Shown here: one piece after another, positions 44,602 through 52,403 of the stretch
Layout of the letters: each line of letters starts with the position of its first letter
Numbering within the stretch: position 1 is the stretch's first letter
From: Luteolibacter sp.
GTDB taxonomy: Bacteria > Verrucomicrobiota > Verrucomicrobiia > Verrucomicrobiales > Akkermansiaceae
Assembly (NCBI GenBank): GCA_031414935.1
Contig: JANOQR010000142.1
Location: 15,638 to 79,637 of the forward strand
Length of the DNA stretch: 64,000 bases
Direction: 5' to 3'
Position numbers and translations under genes: made by a program
Notes under the pieces: generated by a model
Seen by the model: the letters and a program-made list of their open reading frames with translations, nothing else
What the model was told of the DNA's origin: nothing
Databases searched by the model: none

Positions 44602-45888
44602 ATGCCCATTTTCGCCTACAAAGCCCTCTCCTCCACCGGTGCCGTGACCACGGGCGAGATCGACGCCGCAGACCGTCCCGATGCACTTCGCGTGCTCGAC
44701 AAAAAAGGTCTCCAGCCCGTCAACCTCAAGGAAACTGCCGCTGCCGCTCCGAAAAAAGCTGCTGCAAACACCAAGTCAAAATCCGAACCCGCTGACCGCA
44801 CAAACGCGAAGCCCGAGGCTAAAGAAGCCGCCATCCCCGACGGTCCGATTAAGCTGAAACGACAAGAAGTCGTCCTCTTCACCGAAGAACTCTCCGACAT
44901 GCTGGGTGCCGGTCTCCAGCTCGAACCCGCACTCAAGTCGATGGAGAGCCGTCAAGAGTTAGGAAACCTCAAAGCCGTCTCTTTCAAGATCCGTCAGATC
45001 GTCCGCGATGGGGTGAATTTCTCCGTCGCCCTGAAAAAAGTCAGCCCCAGCTTCGGCCCGCTTTACTGCTCGCTCGCCGCTGCCGGTGAGGCATCCGGCG
45101 CGCTCGATGTGATCCTGAAACGCCAAGCGCACTACCTCAAGACGCTCGCCGAACTCCAATCCCGCCTCATCCTCGCGATGATCTATCCGGCCTTCCTCAT
45201 CCTCGCAGGCATCGGCGTTTCCATCGTTTTCGTCACCACCCTTATCCCGCAGCTCACCGCGCTGATCGAAAGTTCTCAGGGCGGCAAAGTTCCGCTAGGC
45301 GCGGCCATTCTCATCGCCACTTCAGATTTCCTCAGCAAGTGGTGGCTAGTCATGCTGCTCACTCTCATCGCCGCATTCATCTTCTTCAAAGCCTGGAAAG
45401 ACAACGAGGCGAACAAACCGACATGGGATCGGGTGAAACTCAAGCTGCCACTCGTCGGCCCCGTCATCACCAGCCGATTTTACGTCCAGTTCCTCGAAAC
45501 CATGGCCAACCTCGTCGGCAACGGTTTGCCGCTGCTCCGCGCCCTCGAACTCTCACGCGACGCCACACAAAACCGCTCACTCCGCGTCGAGCTGGACCGC
45601 GTCATCGCCCAAGTCGGCGACGGTCGCTCATTTTCCAAAGCCCTCATCCGCAATGGCCATTTCCCGCCGCTGCTCATCGACATGATTTCCGTCGGCGAGC
45701 AAACCGGGAAAATCGATATGTCCCTCCGCCGAGCCGCCGAGCGTTACGACAAAGAGTTAGACAAAGACCTCCAGCGCATCATGGCCCTCGTCATGCCCAC
45801 CGTCCTCATCATCATGGCCGGCCTCATCGGCGCAATGGCCTACCTGATGATTACCGCCATCTTCCAGACGATCTCGAATCTCAACTGA
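44602..45888 (+). CDS. gspF: GspF/PilC-family inner-membrane platform protein
   Basis: 428 aa. Two GspF-type cytoplasmic repeats (FTEELSDMLGAGLQLEPAL; FLETMANLVGNGLPLLRAL) and three TM segments. It has an unusual K/A/P-rich insert near the N-terminus. Confidence 0.85.
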   Translation: MPIFAYKALSSTGAVTTGEIDAADRPDALRVLDKKGLQPVNLKETAAAAPKKAAANTKSKSEPADRTNAKPEAKEAAIPDGPIKLKRQEVVLFTEELSDMLGAGLQLEPALKSMESRQELGNLKAVSFKIRQIVRDGVNFSVALKKVSPSFGPLYCSLAAAGEASGALDVILKRQAHYLKTLAELQSRLILAMIYPAFLILAGIGVSIVFVTTLIPQLTALIESSQGGKVPLGAAILIATSDFLSKWWLVMLLTLIAAFIFFKAWKDNEANKPTWDRVKLKLPLVGPVITSRFYVQFLETMANLVGNGLPLLRALELSRDATQNRSLRVELDRVIAQVGDGRSFSKALIRNGHFPPLLIDMISVGEQTGKIDMSLRRAAERYDKELDKDLQRIMALVMPTVLIIMAGLIGAMAYLMITAIFQTISNLN

Positions 45889-46143
45889 GATTTTCCCTTG
45901 GCGAAGCCACGCCGCCCTACTAGAAACTGCCCGCCATGACCCGCTCCTCCATCGAAGCCGCCGCGATCATCTACATCGTCGCCCTGACACTTGTCTTCAT
46001 CTGGACCGTCACTCTCGTCCTCGGCCAGATGGGTATCATGTAACACCGTTTGCCGAAATTAAAGTGACCTTTGCGGGTGGATAAACTGGAGCACGGAATT
46101 GATTCCGCTGCCCATAAGAGCGCCTGAACTGGTTTTCACACAA

Positions 46144-46224
46144 GGAACGGCGATCTCCGAATCGCCGATGCCCATGAAAAGCCAAAGAGCAGCGGCGATC
46201 CTCGATGCTTTGGCCTTTCATGGG
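46144..46224. repeat. REP-like composite hairpin element, copy 2 (inverted, lacks hairpin 1)
   Basis: CGGCGATCTCCGAATCGCCG + CCCATGAAAAGCCAAAG...CTTTGGCCTTTCATGGG. The reverse complement aligns with 38021..38101. Confidence 0.75.
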
Positions 46225-46242
46225 CTAGTAGCCAGTAAATCT

Positions 46243-46422
46243 GATTTTGACGGATGAAGCTGGATACAGAGTTTAGGCACCACGAATCTAACAAATCTTG
46301 AAGATAATCCATGCAGCGGCAGGAAATTTGTCTCTTTTGATTCTGAATCATTCGCGAGATTCGTGGTGCCTAAATTCTTTGATCTCTGCCAGAACTGGTT
46401 CCGTGTTTCATCCGTCAAAATC
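46243..46422. repeat. 180-bp nested inverted repeat (MITE-like)
   Basis: Outer arms GATTTTGACGGATGAA (46243-46258) and TTCATCCGTCAAAATC (46407-46422). Inner arms TTTAGGCACCACGAATCT (46272-46289) and AGATTCGTGGTGCCTAAA (46357-46374). Confidence 0.7.
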
Positions 46423-46522
46423 AATTTTACGCGATACTAGGGCGGATCGGAACCCGCCACTCCTTGGGTTGAATCCATGAAGGCATTGGAATCAATTCCG
46501 CGTTCCAATTGAAGAGCCTCCC

Positions 46523-47089
46523 TCACTTCCAATCCACCGCGATCTCGGCCATTCTGCCGCTTTTGTCGTCGTATTTGAGCAAGCCATTGGCGAGCGCGTA
46601 TTCGTGGACGCACTTGGTGACTTTTACGTCGAACGCACAATACTCGGCGATTTTTCGCAGCGGGCCAAAGTCGCCAGATTTCTTGTGCTCCTGCCACCAA
46701 CGCAGCGCGTCGAGGCCGTCTGCCGTTTTTCCAGTGCCAAGTGACGCGGAAGCCACGGAATCTAACTTGAGGCGGAAACCGAGAATTTTTTCCAACTCCA
46801 GCATCATATCGAGATTGAGCGTTTGCTCCGCGAGCGTGTGAAAAACGTAGGGCTGAAGCACCGGATAATCGAACTGAAGATGATTCCAGCCCACGACTAA
46901 ATCCGCCCGCACCAGTTCCTCGCCGAGCCTCTCCATCTCGTTTTCTCCATAAATCTCATAAGTCCCGCGCTCCGTGCTGTAAGTCACTCCCACCGAGATG
47001 CCCATCTTCGCTTTGTTCGCGAATCCCCCCACATCGCCGAAGCTGCGTTGGGTTTCCAAGTCGAAATAAACGATGTTTTTAGCGGCCAC
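46523..47089 (-). CDS. DEDD-type 3'-5' exonuclease (RNase H-like, PolB-exo-like) stand-alone protein
   Basis: 188 aa, GTG start. ExoI VYFDLET, ExoII VGWNHLQFDYPVL, ExoIII AEYCAFDVKVT. Confidence 0.7.
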   Translation of the reverse strand: MAAKNIVYFDLETQRSFGDVGGFANKAKMGISVGVTYSTERGTYEIYGENEMERLGEELVRADLVVGWNHLQFDYPVLQPYVFHTLAEQTLNLDMMLELEKILGFRLKLDSVASASLGTGKTADGLDALRWWQEHKKSGDFGPLRKIAEYCAFDVKVTKCVHEYALANGLLKYDDKSGRMAEIAVDWK

Positions 47090-47177
47090 GCATTCTTGTA
47101 AATGAGGCAGCCATCCATCCGCAAGCGCGATGGCGATGCGTGAATTGAAAACTGTCGCGGACGTTAGAAAACTCCAA

Positions 47178-47211
47178 CAAAAAAGCCGCCCCGGTTTCCC
47201 GAGGCGGCTTC
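47178..47211 (-). terminator. Intrinsic terminator after zorD (copy A of a duplicated hairpin)
   Basis: Minus strand AAGCCGCC-TCGGGAAACCGG-GGCGGCTT followed by TTTTTT, 11 nt after the zorD stop. Confidence 0.75.
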
Positions 47212-47221
47212 GCTTATTCGA

Positions 47222-50104
47222 TTATTGGGCTTCATTTGCAAATGCACCACAAACATCACGGAATAGCTCTGCCGTGTCATGCTCTGACATCGCAACAGGA
47301 TTGAGAAGATCGCGGCTCTGCGCTCTTTTACGTTCCATGAGACGGTCAAGCGTAAGATCGAATGAGGTTTTTGAGATCTGCGGATCAGGGTGTTTTGCCA
47401 TCGGCAGACTGACCTGAACGGCTCTTTCCTGACCGATTCGATAGACTCGGTCAGTGCATTGATCTTCGACAGCAGGATTCCACCACCGGTCGAGATGGAT
47501 GACGTTGTTTGCGGCCGTTAGCGTGAGTCCAATGCCTGCGGCACGCGGCGAAAGCAGAATTACGGCAAAGCCTGAGGGCAGTTTCTGAAAGGAATTCACC
47601 ATCGCCTGCCGCCTCGCTCCGGGGACTTCGCCACTGATACATGCTGGAGGTTCCGCGAGGTTGAACTCGGAAGATAACACGACACGCAACCACTTCTGCA
47701 ATCGCCGCGAATCCACAAAAACGAGAGCCTTCTCTCCCCGTGCTTGGATTTCACGGAGAATGCGGAAGCACTCCGTTACGCGAGCTGACGATGTGACGAA
47801 CTTGGAGAGATCGCTGGGTTCTTCATCGTTCATCAGCCAAGGATGAAGTGAAATGGATCGGAACTCGTGTAGTGCTTTGAGCATCGCTCCGCGTTCGCGG
47901 ATACTGCGCGCACGAGCTACGGCATCGTCATAAAGTCGGGCCTGTTCCGGCGGCATGATGGCAGGTGCCATTACTTCGGTTTTTGGAGGTAATCCGTCGA
48001 GAATATCGAGTTTCATACGGCGCAACATTAACGAAAAGCCGTCAGGCTCGGTTAGGTGGACTCGCAGTTCACGAAGGTCGGTATCGCTGGGGCTGGCTTC
48101 AAATTTACTGCTGAATTCTTTCAGTGATCCTCCACCAATCACGGTCAACGCCTCGCGATCCACGGTGTTCACAATGCTCCACAAGTCTGCGTATCGATTT
48201 TCGACAGGTGTGCCTGTCAGCGCGAGCGTGTAGTCTGCATTCATCGCTTTCGCGGCTTCGCTCACTAGCGTTCCCGGCGTTTTGATTTTCTGGGCCTCAT
48301 CAAAGGCAAGGATCTGCCAACGGATCGTAGCGAAGCTATGATGGTAGTCTCTCAAAGTCTCGTAGGTGGTAAGCACCCAACCCGCGCTAGCGATCTCGTC
48401 CGTGCGAAGCGAGACGCCACCGCGTGCAAGATCGTTGCCGCCGTTGCCCGACTTCAGTCGCGCAAGGCCTGCTCCGTAAGCAGCCAGAGGTTTTCCTAGG
48501 AGTCGGCGCCCCGACTCATCAAGGTGGGTTTCGTATTCTTGTTCCCAGTTTTTTAACAAGCCGGTCGGCGCGACGATAAGAAAACCGCCTTCTCCAACAG
48601 CACGTTCGGAATTGGCGTGCCGCAGCCAGAGCAGGAATGCGAGACACTGCAGTGTCTTTCCGAGGCCCATGTCGTCGGCAAGGAGGACGCCACTTCGCCC
48701 ATCTCGCCAAGTATTTTGCAGCCAAAGAAGGCCGGATTCTTGATGAGGCTTGAGCGTGCTTTGCAAGCCGACAGGGAGCCACAGGTCCGTCGAACTGCTA
48801 CGAGCAAAGCGTTGAGTCGCGTCTCCGGACTCATCAAAATCGCGTTCAATCAGCAGCACGGTACGGCCTGCAGGCGTTCGCTGCTCACGTTGAATTTCCT
48901 CTGCCGATATTGTCGAGAGGGATTCCACCGAGCGCAAAGCCTCCAAAGTTTCAGGAGTCGCTGGCACCACTTGCCCGCCGATATCAACCTGCGGTTCTCC
49001 TCGTTCTATTGCTTGCTCGACTTGCCGGATGGCTTGCTCAGTCTCGCTTGCTTTCACGGTTACACGCACACCACCGACTTCGATGCCTACTTCATCGGGC
49101 GGCATCCACGAATTCGCGGGCAGCTTCACCCATGGGATGACCGGAGGATCCCATCTCCCGATGCCTTTCACTCGATCTGACAAATACTGGGGAGTCTCCA
49201 CAAACAGTGATTCCAAGGCCTCTTCCGGCAATAAATCGCCATATTCCGCGCGAAGAAACGCACGAGGATTGCGGAGGAAGGTCGTCTGATCCCCATCGCT
49301 GCGCGTCTGAACTTCGGCGACGAGATCGAGGGCTCGCTGCAAGTCGTCTTCTACAACGAGGTAGTGCGAACCACCGATTGCGTATCGTCCTTTTCCTGCT
49401 TCATGATCGCGAAGAAATGCCGCGTGCTGCTCTGGTGGCAACAACTCAGACGGATGAGTTTCGTCGGTTGGCACGTTCGCATGTAGCACAGGTTCCAGCC
49501 GGAAGCTGCCGTCCTCCACGCGTAGTCGTAGCGAGAATGCTCCCGCGACTGTTACGTGGGTAGCGGCCAGATAGCCGCTGACGTTCACTGACTCTCTTGC
49601 TTGCTCGGAGAGGAAACGCTCGAAGCGGGCGAAGACACGCATCCGCTCTTCCATTGAGTTTCCCATCCCTTTGTTGAGAGAGTCCATGCCGTCGAGCAGT
49701 GAGAAATGCGCGTCACCTAACCGCCAGGATTGAGAACCAGCTTGAACGACGCACCCGATACGGCGGAATGCAATGAGCGGACGCCCATCGTTGAAAAGTT
49801 GGTATTTGAAGTGGAAGTTTGTCTCAGCAAGCGTGCCGTGATGCTGGATACTGAGGCTAAACGGCGAACGTGGCGGCAGACCAAGAGCCCGGGCTTCCGC
49901 CTCCGCGAGTGAGGTGGCATCGGAGTGGGGAAGGAAGAAAGTCGAGCCTTCGTCGCGAACCAATTCGCCGCTGCTTTCTTCGGCAAGTGAGGCGAGCGTG
50001 GCACAGGCAGCACGGAAGCTGCTACTTCCTTCGCTTCCCCATTTTAAAAAATGGCGTGTATTTTCGCGCAGTAGAAATCCTTCGGATGTAAGTTCGTATT
50101 TCAT
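47222..50104 (-). CDS. zorD: ZorD: SNF2-family helicase of type I Zorya
   Basis: 960 aa. SNF2 motifs are LKPHQESGLLWL, LADDMGLGKTLQ, AFDEAQKIK, ALTGTPVENR, and GGIGLTLTAANNVIHLDRWWNPAVEDQCTDRVYRIGQ. 4-nt overlap with the zorC stop. Confidence 0.85.
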   Translation of the reverse strand: MKYELTSEGFLLRENTRHFLKWGSEGSSSFRAACATLASLAEESSGELVRDEGSTFFLPHSDATSLAEAEARALGLPPRSPFSLSIQHHGTLAETNFHFKYQLFNDGRPLIAFRRIGCVVQAGSQSWRLGDAHFSLLDGMDSLNKGMGNSMEERMRVFARFERFLSEQARESVNVSGYLAATHVTVAGAFSLRLRVEDGSFRLEPVLHANVPTDETHPSELLPPEQHAAFLRDHEAGKGRYAIGGSHYLVVEDDLQRALDLVAEVQTRSDGDQTTFLRNPRAFLRAEYGDLLPEEALESLFVETPQYLSDRVKGIGRWDPPVIPWVKLPANSWMPPDEVGIEVGGVRVTVKASETEQAIRQVEQAIERGEPQVDIGGQVVPATPETLEALRSVESLSTISAEEIQREQRTPAGRTVLLIERDFDESGDATQRFARSSSTDLWLPVGLQSTLKPHQESGLLWLQNTWRDGRSGVLLADDMGLGKTLQCLAFLLWLRHANSERAVGEGGFLIVAPTGLLKNWEQEYETHLDESGRRLLGKPLAAYGAGLARLKSGNGGNDLARGGVSLRTDEIASAGWVLTTYETLRDYHHSFATIRWQILAFDEAQKIKTPGTLVSEAAKAMNADYTLALTGTPVENRYADLWSIVNTVDREALTVIGGGSLKEFSSKFEASPSDTDLRELRVHLTEPDGFSLMLRRMKLDILDGLPPKTEVMAPAIMPPEQARLYDDAVARARSIRERGAMLKALHEFRSISLHPWLMNDEEPSDLSKFVTSSARVTECFRILREIQARGEKALVFVDSRRLQKWLRVVLSSEFNLAEPPACISGEVPGARRQAMVNSFQKLPSGFAVILLSPRAAGIGLTLTAANNVIHLDRWWNPAVEDQCTDRVYRIGQERAVQVSLPMAKHPDPQISKTSFDLTLDRLMERKRAQSRDLLNPVAMSEHDTAELFRDVCGAFANEAQ

Positions 50105-51516
50105 GGCATTAACTCAGTATCTGGAATGAACACTCCAATCTTGTGGTGTAGAAAATCACGAAGCTTGCGCTGCCATGTACAATTTTCGGACCCCATGTGT
50201 GAAATTCCGGTTTCAGCGGAGAACTGTTCTACACGCAGGTCGGTTCGTGGATTGGCAATTATGTCGGAGCGACGGAATCTTGTCCTACGGAGTTCCGGTG
50301 CGTTGGGTGACGTGTCGTCCCACAAACGGCAACTCGTGTTATGGGTTCCCTCAAAAACGACCACTCCTCGCAACTTTAAAAGTAGTGCCGACTGGCGCAT
50401 CTCAAACTCTTCCAGTCGTGCGATCCGATTTCCAAATCTCGACTGTAGCATCTGCCAGCCCAGGCATTCCTCCATGTCGCGACCGACGGCTGCCTTCGCA
50501 TCGAGCACTACGCCACGATGGTAGTAAGCCAGCCAGAACGCCTTTCGATACGGCCACTGCCTGTGCATCGTATCATCTCCGCGACGGAGCGCATAGTCGT
50601 CGAGAACTTCAAAGAACCCTTCGATGGTTTGCAGCGTCAACCAGCGGATCGCGACGTTACGCAGCTCGGCATCCACTTGGGGCCAAACACCCGAAATAGC
50701 CTCACGAGGATCGCCATGGTGCTTTTGTAACCATGCGAGGAGCGTCGTCCGCCATTCCTTGTCAGGGTCACTGTTCCGCCATGGATCTAGCAGACACTCA
50801 ACAACCTTAGAAACGCGACCTGCAACCTCGCCGGAGCATAGGTTTATCCAAGTATCGATGATCTCTAGCGTTTCCCATGGTCGAGTATGCGCTCGACGAC
50901 ACCACTCGAGGAGCATCGCAAACGAGAAGCCTCCATTTGAAAGCCCATTACCTTCGAGACATTGCGTCAGTGGCGTTGATGAATGCAGTGAAAGCAGGTT
51001 CGAGACCACGGCTACCGGGCCACCATCGGGTTCAAAAATTTTGAGTCGCCTGTTTCTGTCGTCCCAACCGTCCAGAGACAGATGGCCGGCACGTAGTGCT
51101 TCCAGAATAACACCTCGGAGCGACTCCGCCGCGCGAGGAGCTAATGCATCATAGTCACGGAGGAAAACGTGGATACATCGCTTCCCGATATGCGGGCTCA
51201 CCTTCGCCGCCGAAGACAACCCGTTTCGGAATCGTGGTTCATCGCAAAGCGCATGATAGCCCCAGAGTTCAAGGGACAACCAAGGAGCATCGAGCCATTC
51301 AGACTTACCGAGCTCCAACGGTTCCGTGTCACTTGAGAGAAGCGCGTGGATTTTTGCCCGCAGACGATCAAGTCGATCAGACGCGGGTAGCGGGCCAACC
51401 GGCCCATCACCAAGAGCCTCCACAGCTAGGGCAAGTGTCACCGTTGGGAATGGAGGAATCTCACGAGCCGAGATTCCCCGATGGAGGGAGCGCAATCGTG
51501 AAGCGAGCGGCATCAT
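50101..51516 (-). CDS. zorC: ZorC-like protein (assigned by operon position; EH-signature domain not verifiable by eye)
   Basis: 471-aa ORF overlapping both neighbours by 4 nt. No motif I can name. It occupies the ZorC slot between the MotB-like and SNF2 genes. Confidence 0.65.
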   Translation of the reverse strand: MMPLASRLRSLHRGISAREIPPFPTVTLALAVEALGDGPVGPLPASDRLDRLRAKIHALLSSDTEPLELGKSEWLDAPWLSLELWGYHALCDEPRFRNGLSSAAKVSPHIGKRCIHVFLRDYDALAPRAAESLRGVILEALRAGHLSLDGWDDRNRRLKIFEPDGGPVAVVSNLLSLHSSTPLTQCLEGNGLSNGGFSFAMLLEWCRRAHTRPWETLEIIDTWINLCSGEVAGRVSKVVECLLDPWRNSDPDKEWRTTLLAWLQKHHGDPREAISGVWPQVDAELRNVAIRWLTLQTIEGFFEVLDDYALRRGDDTMHRQWPYRKAFWLAYYHRGVVLDAKAAVGRDMEECLGWQMLQSRFGNRIARLEEFEMRQSALLLKLRGVVVFEGTHNTSCRLWDDTSPNAPELRRTRFRRSDIIANPRTDLRVEQFSAETGISHMGSENCTWQRKLRDFLHHKIGVFIPDTELMP

Positions 51517-52403
51517 TTGGGCGATGGGTTAGTACCGTCTATTTCCATTCGTGCGCGATCAAGTTCGGAGTCGGTGGGATGCGCCATCAGGAATCGAAGG
51601 TCCACGCGTCGGTTGCTCTTCTTGTTCTCGTCAGTGTCGTTTCGCGCGACGGGACGATTTTCGCCGTAGCCGCTAACCCCGAGAACGCGGAGGTTGGAAG
51701 GATTCTTAAATGACTCCAGTTCCGGCTTTGCCTCAATCAACGCTCGGTAGGTGTTCGTCGCGCGTGCTGCCGAGAGATCCCAGTTATCAGAAAAACGCGG
51801 CGAGCGAATCGGGTCCGAGTCGGTGTGCCCTTCTACAAAAAGCGCTTCAAGCCGGAATGTGGATCCTTCCGCACAACCTCTACTCAAAACGGGCGCAAGT
51901 TCCTCCGCAACCACAGCAAGCCCCCTTTTGCCGCTATCGCTCAAAGTATCGTTTGCGGGTGCGAAGAGCAGTTCTTCGGGCAAACGGATCACTCCAGTAG
52001 CCGGATCAAACAAAACGCGAACCCCGCGCTCGGTCAACTTATCCACCAAGCCGCTCAAAATTGCCTTTAGGGCTTCGTCTCGTTCGCGAAGAAGCTTGCT
52101 GAGTGCGTCAATCTTCGCGCCTTTTTGTTGAGCATCGGCTTCAGCTTTGTCAGCCGCCAGCCCTGAGCGCTCGGCCTTTGCCTTTTCTTCCTGAGCGGCG
52201 CTGGATGCCGTCCGGGCTTCGACCTCTAGCACGCTGGACCTTTCGGCGGCAGCTTTGGCCGCCTGAGCTTCCGTCTGGTAGTGAAACGCAAATGCGCAAA
52301 GCAGGATCACGAAAATGAAAACCACGCCCGTCATCAGGTCGCTGAGGGAAACAAAGTAGTTCTCCTCTGGCTCATCGTGACTCTCGGGCGAATCCCCGTT
52401 CAT
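51513..52403 (-). CDS. zorB: ZorB: MotB-like stator subunit with OmpA-type peptidoglycan-binding domain
   Basis: 296 aa. Single TM helix with the conserved Asp (YFVSLSDLMTGVVFIFVILL), a coiled linker, then the OmpA-like end (FVEGHTDSDP...DNWDLSAARA...GYGENRP...NRRVDLRF). Confidence 0.85.
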   Translation of the reverse strand: MNGDSPESHDEPEENYFVSLSDLMTGVVFIFVILLCAFAFHYQTEAQAAKAAAERSSVLEVEARTASSAAQEEKAKAERSGLAADKAEADAQQKGAKIDALSKLLRERDEALKAILSGLVDKLTERGVRVLFDPATGVIRLPEELLFAPANDTLSDSGKRGLAVVAEELAPVLSRGCAEGSTFRLEALFVEGHTDSDPIRSPRFSDNWDLSAARATNTYRALIEAKPELESFKNPSNLRVLGVSGYGENRPVARNDTDENKKSNRRVDLRFLMAHPTDSELDRARMEIDGTNPSPK

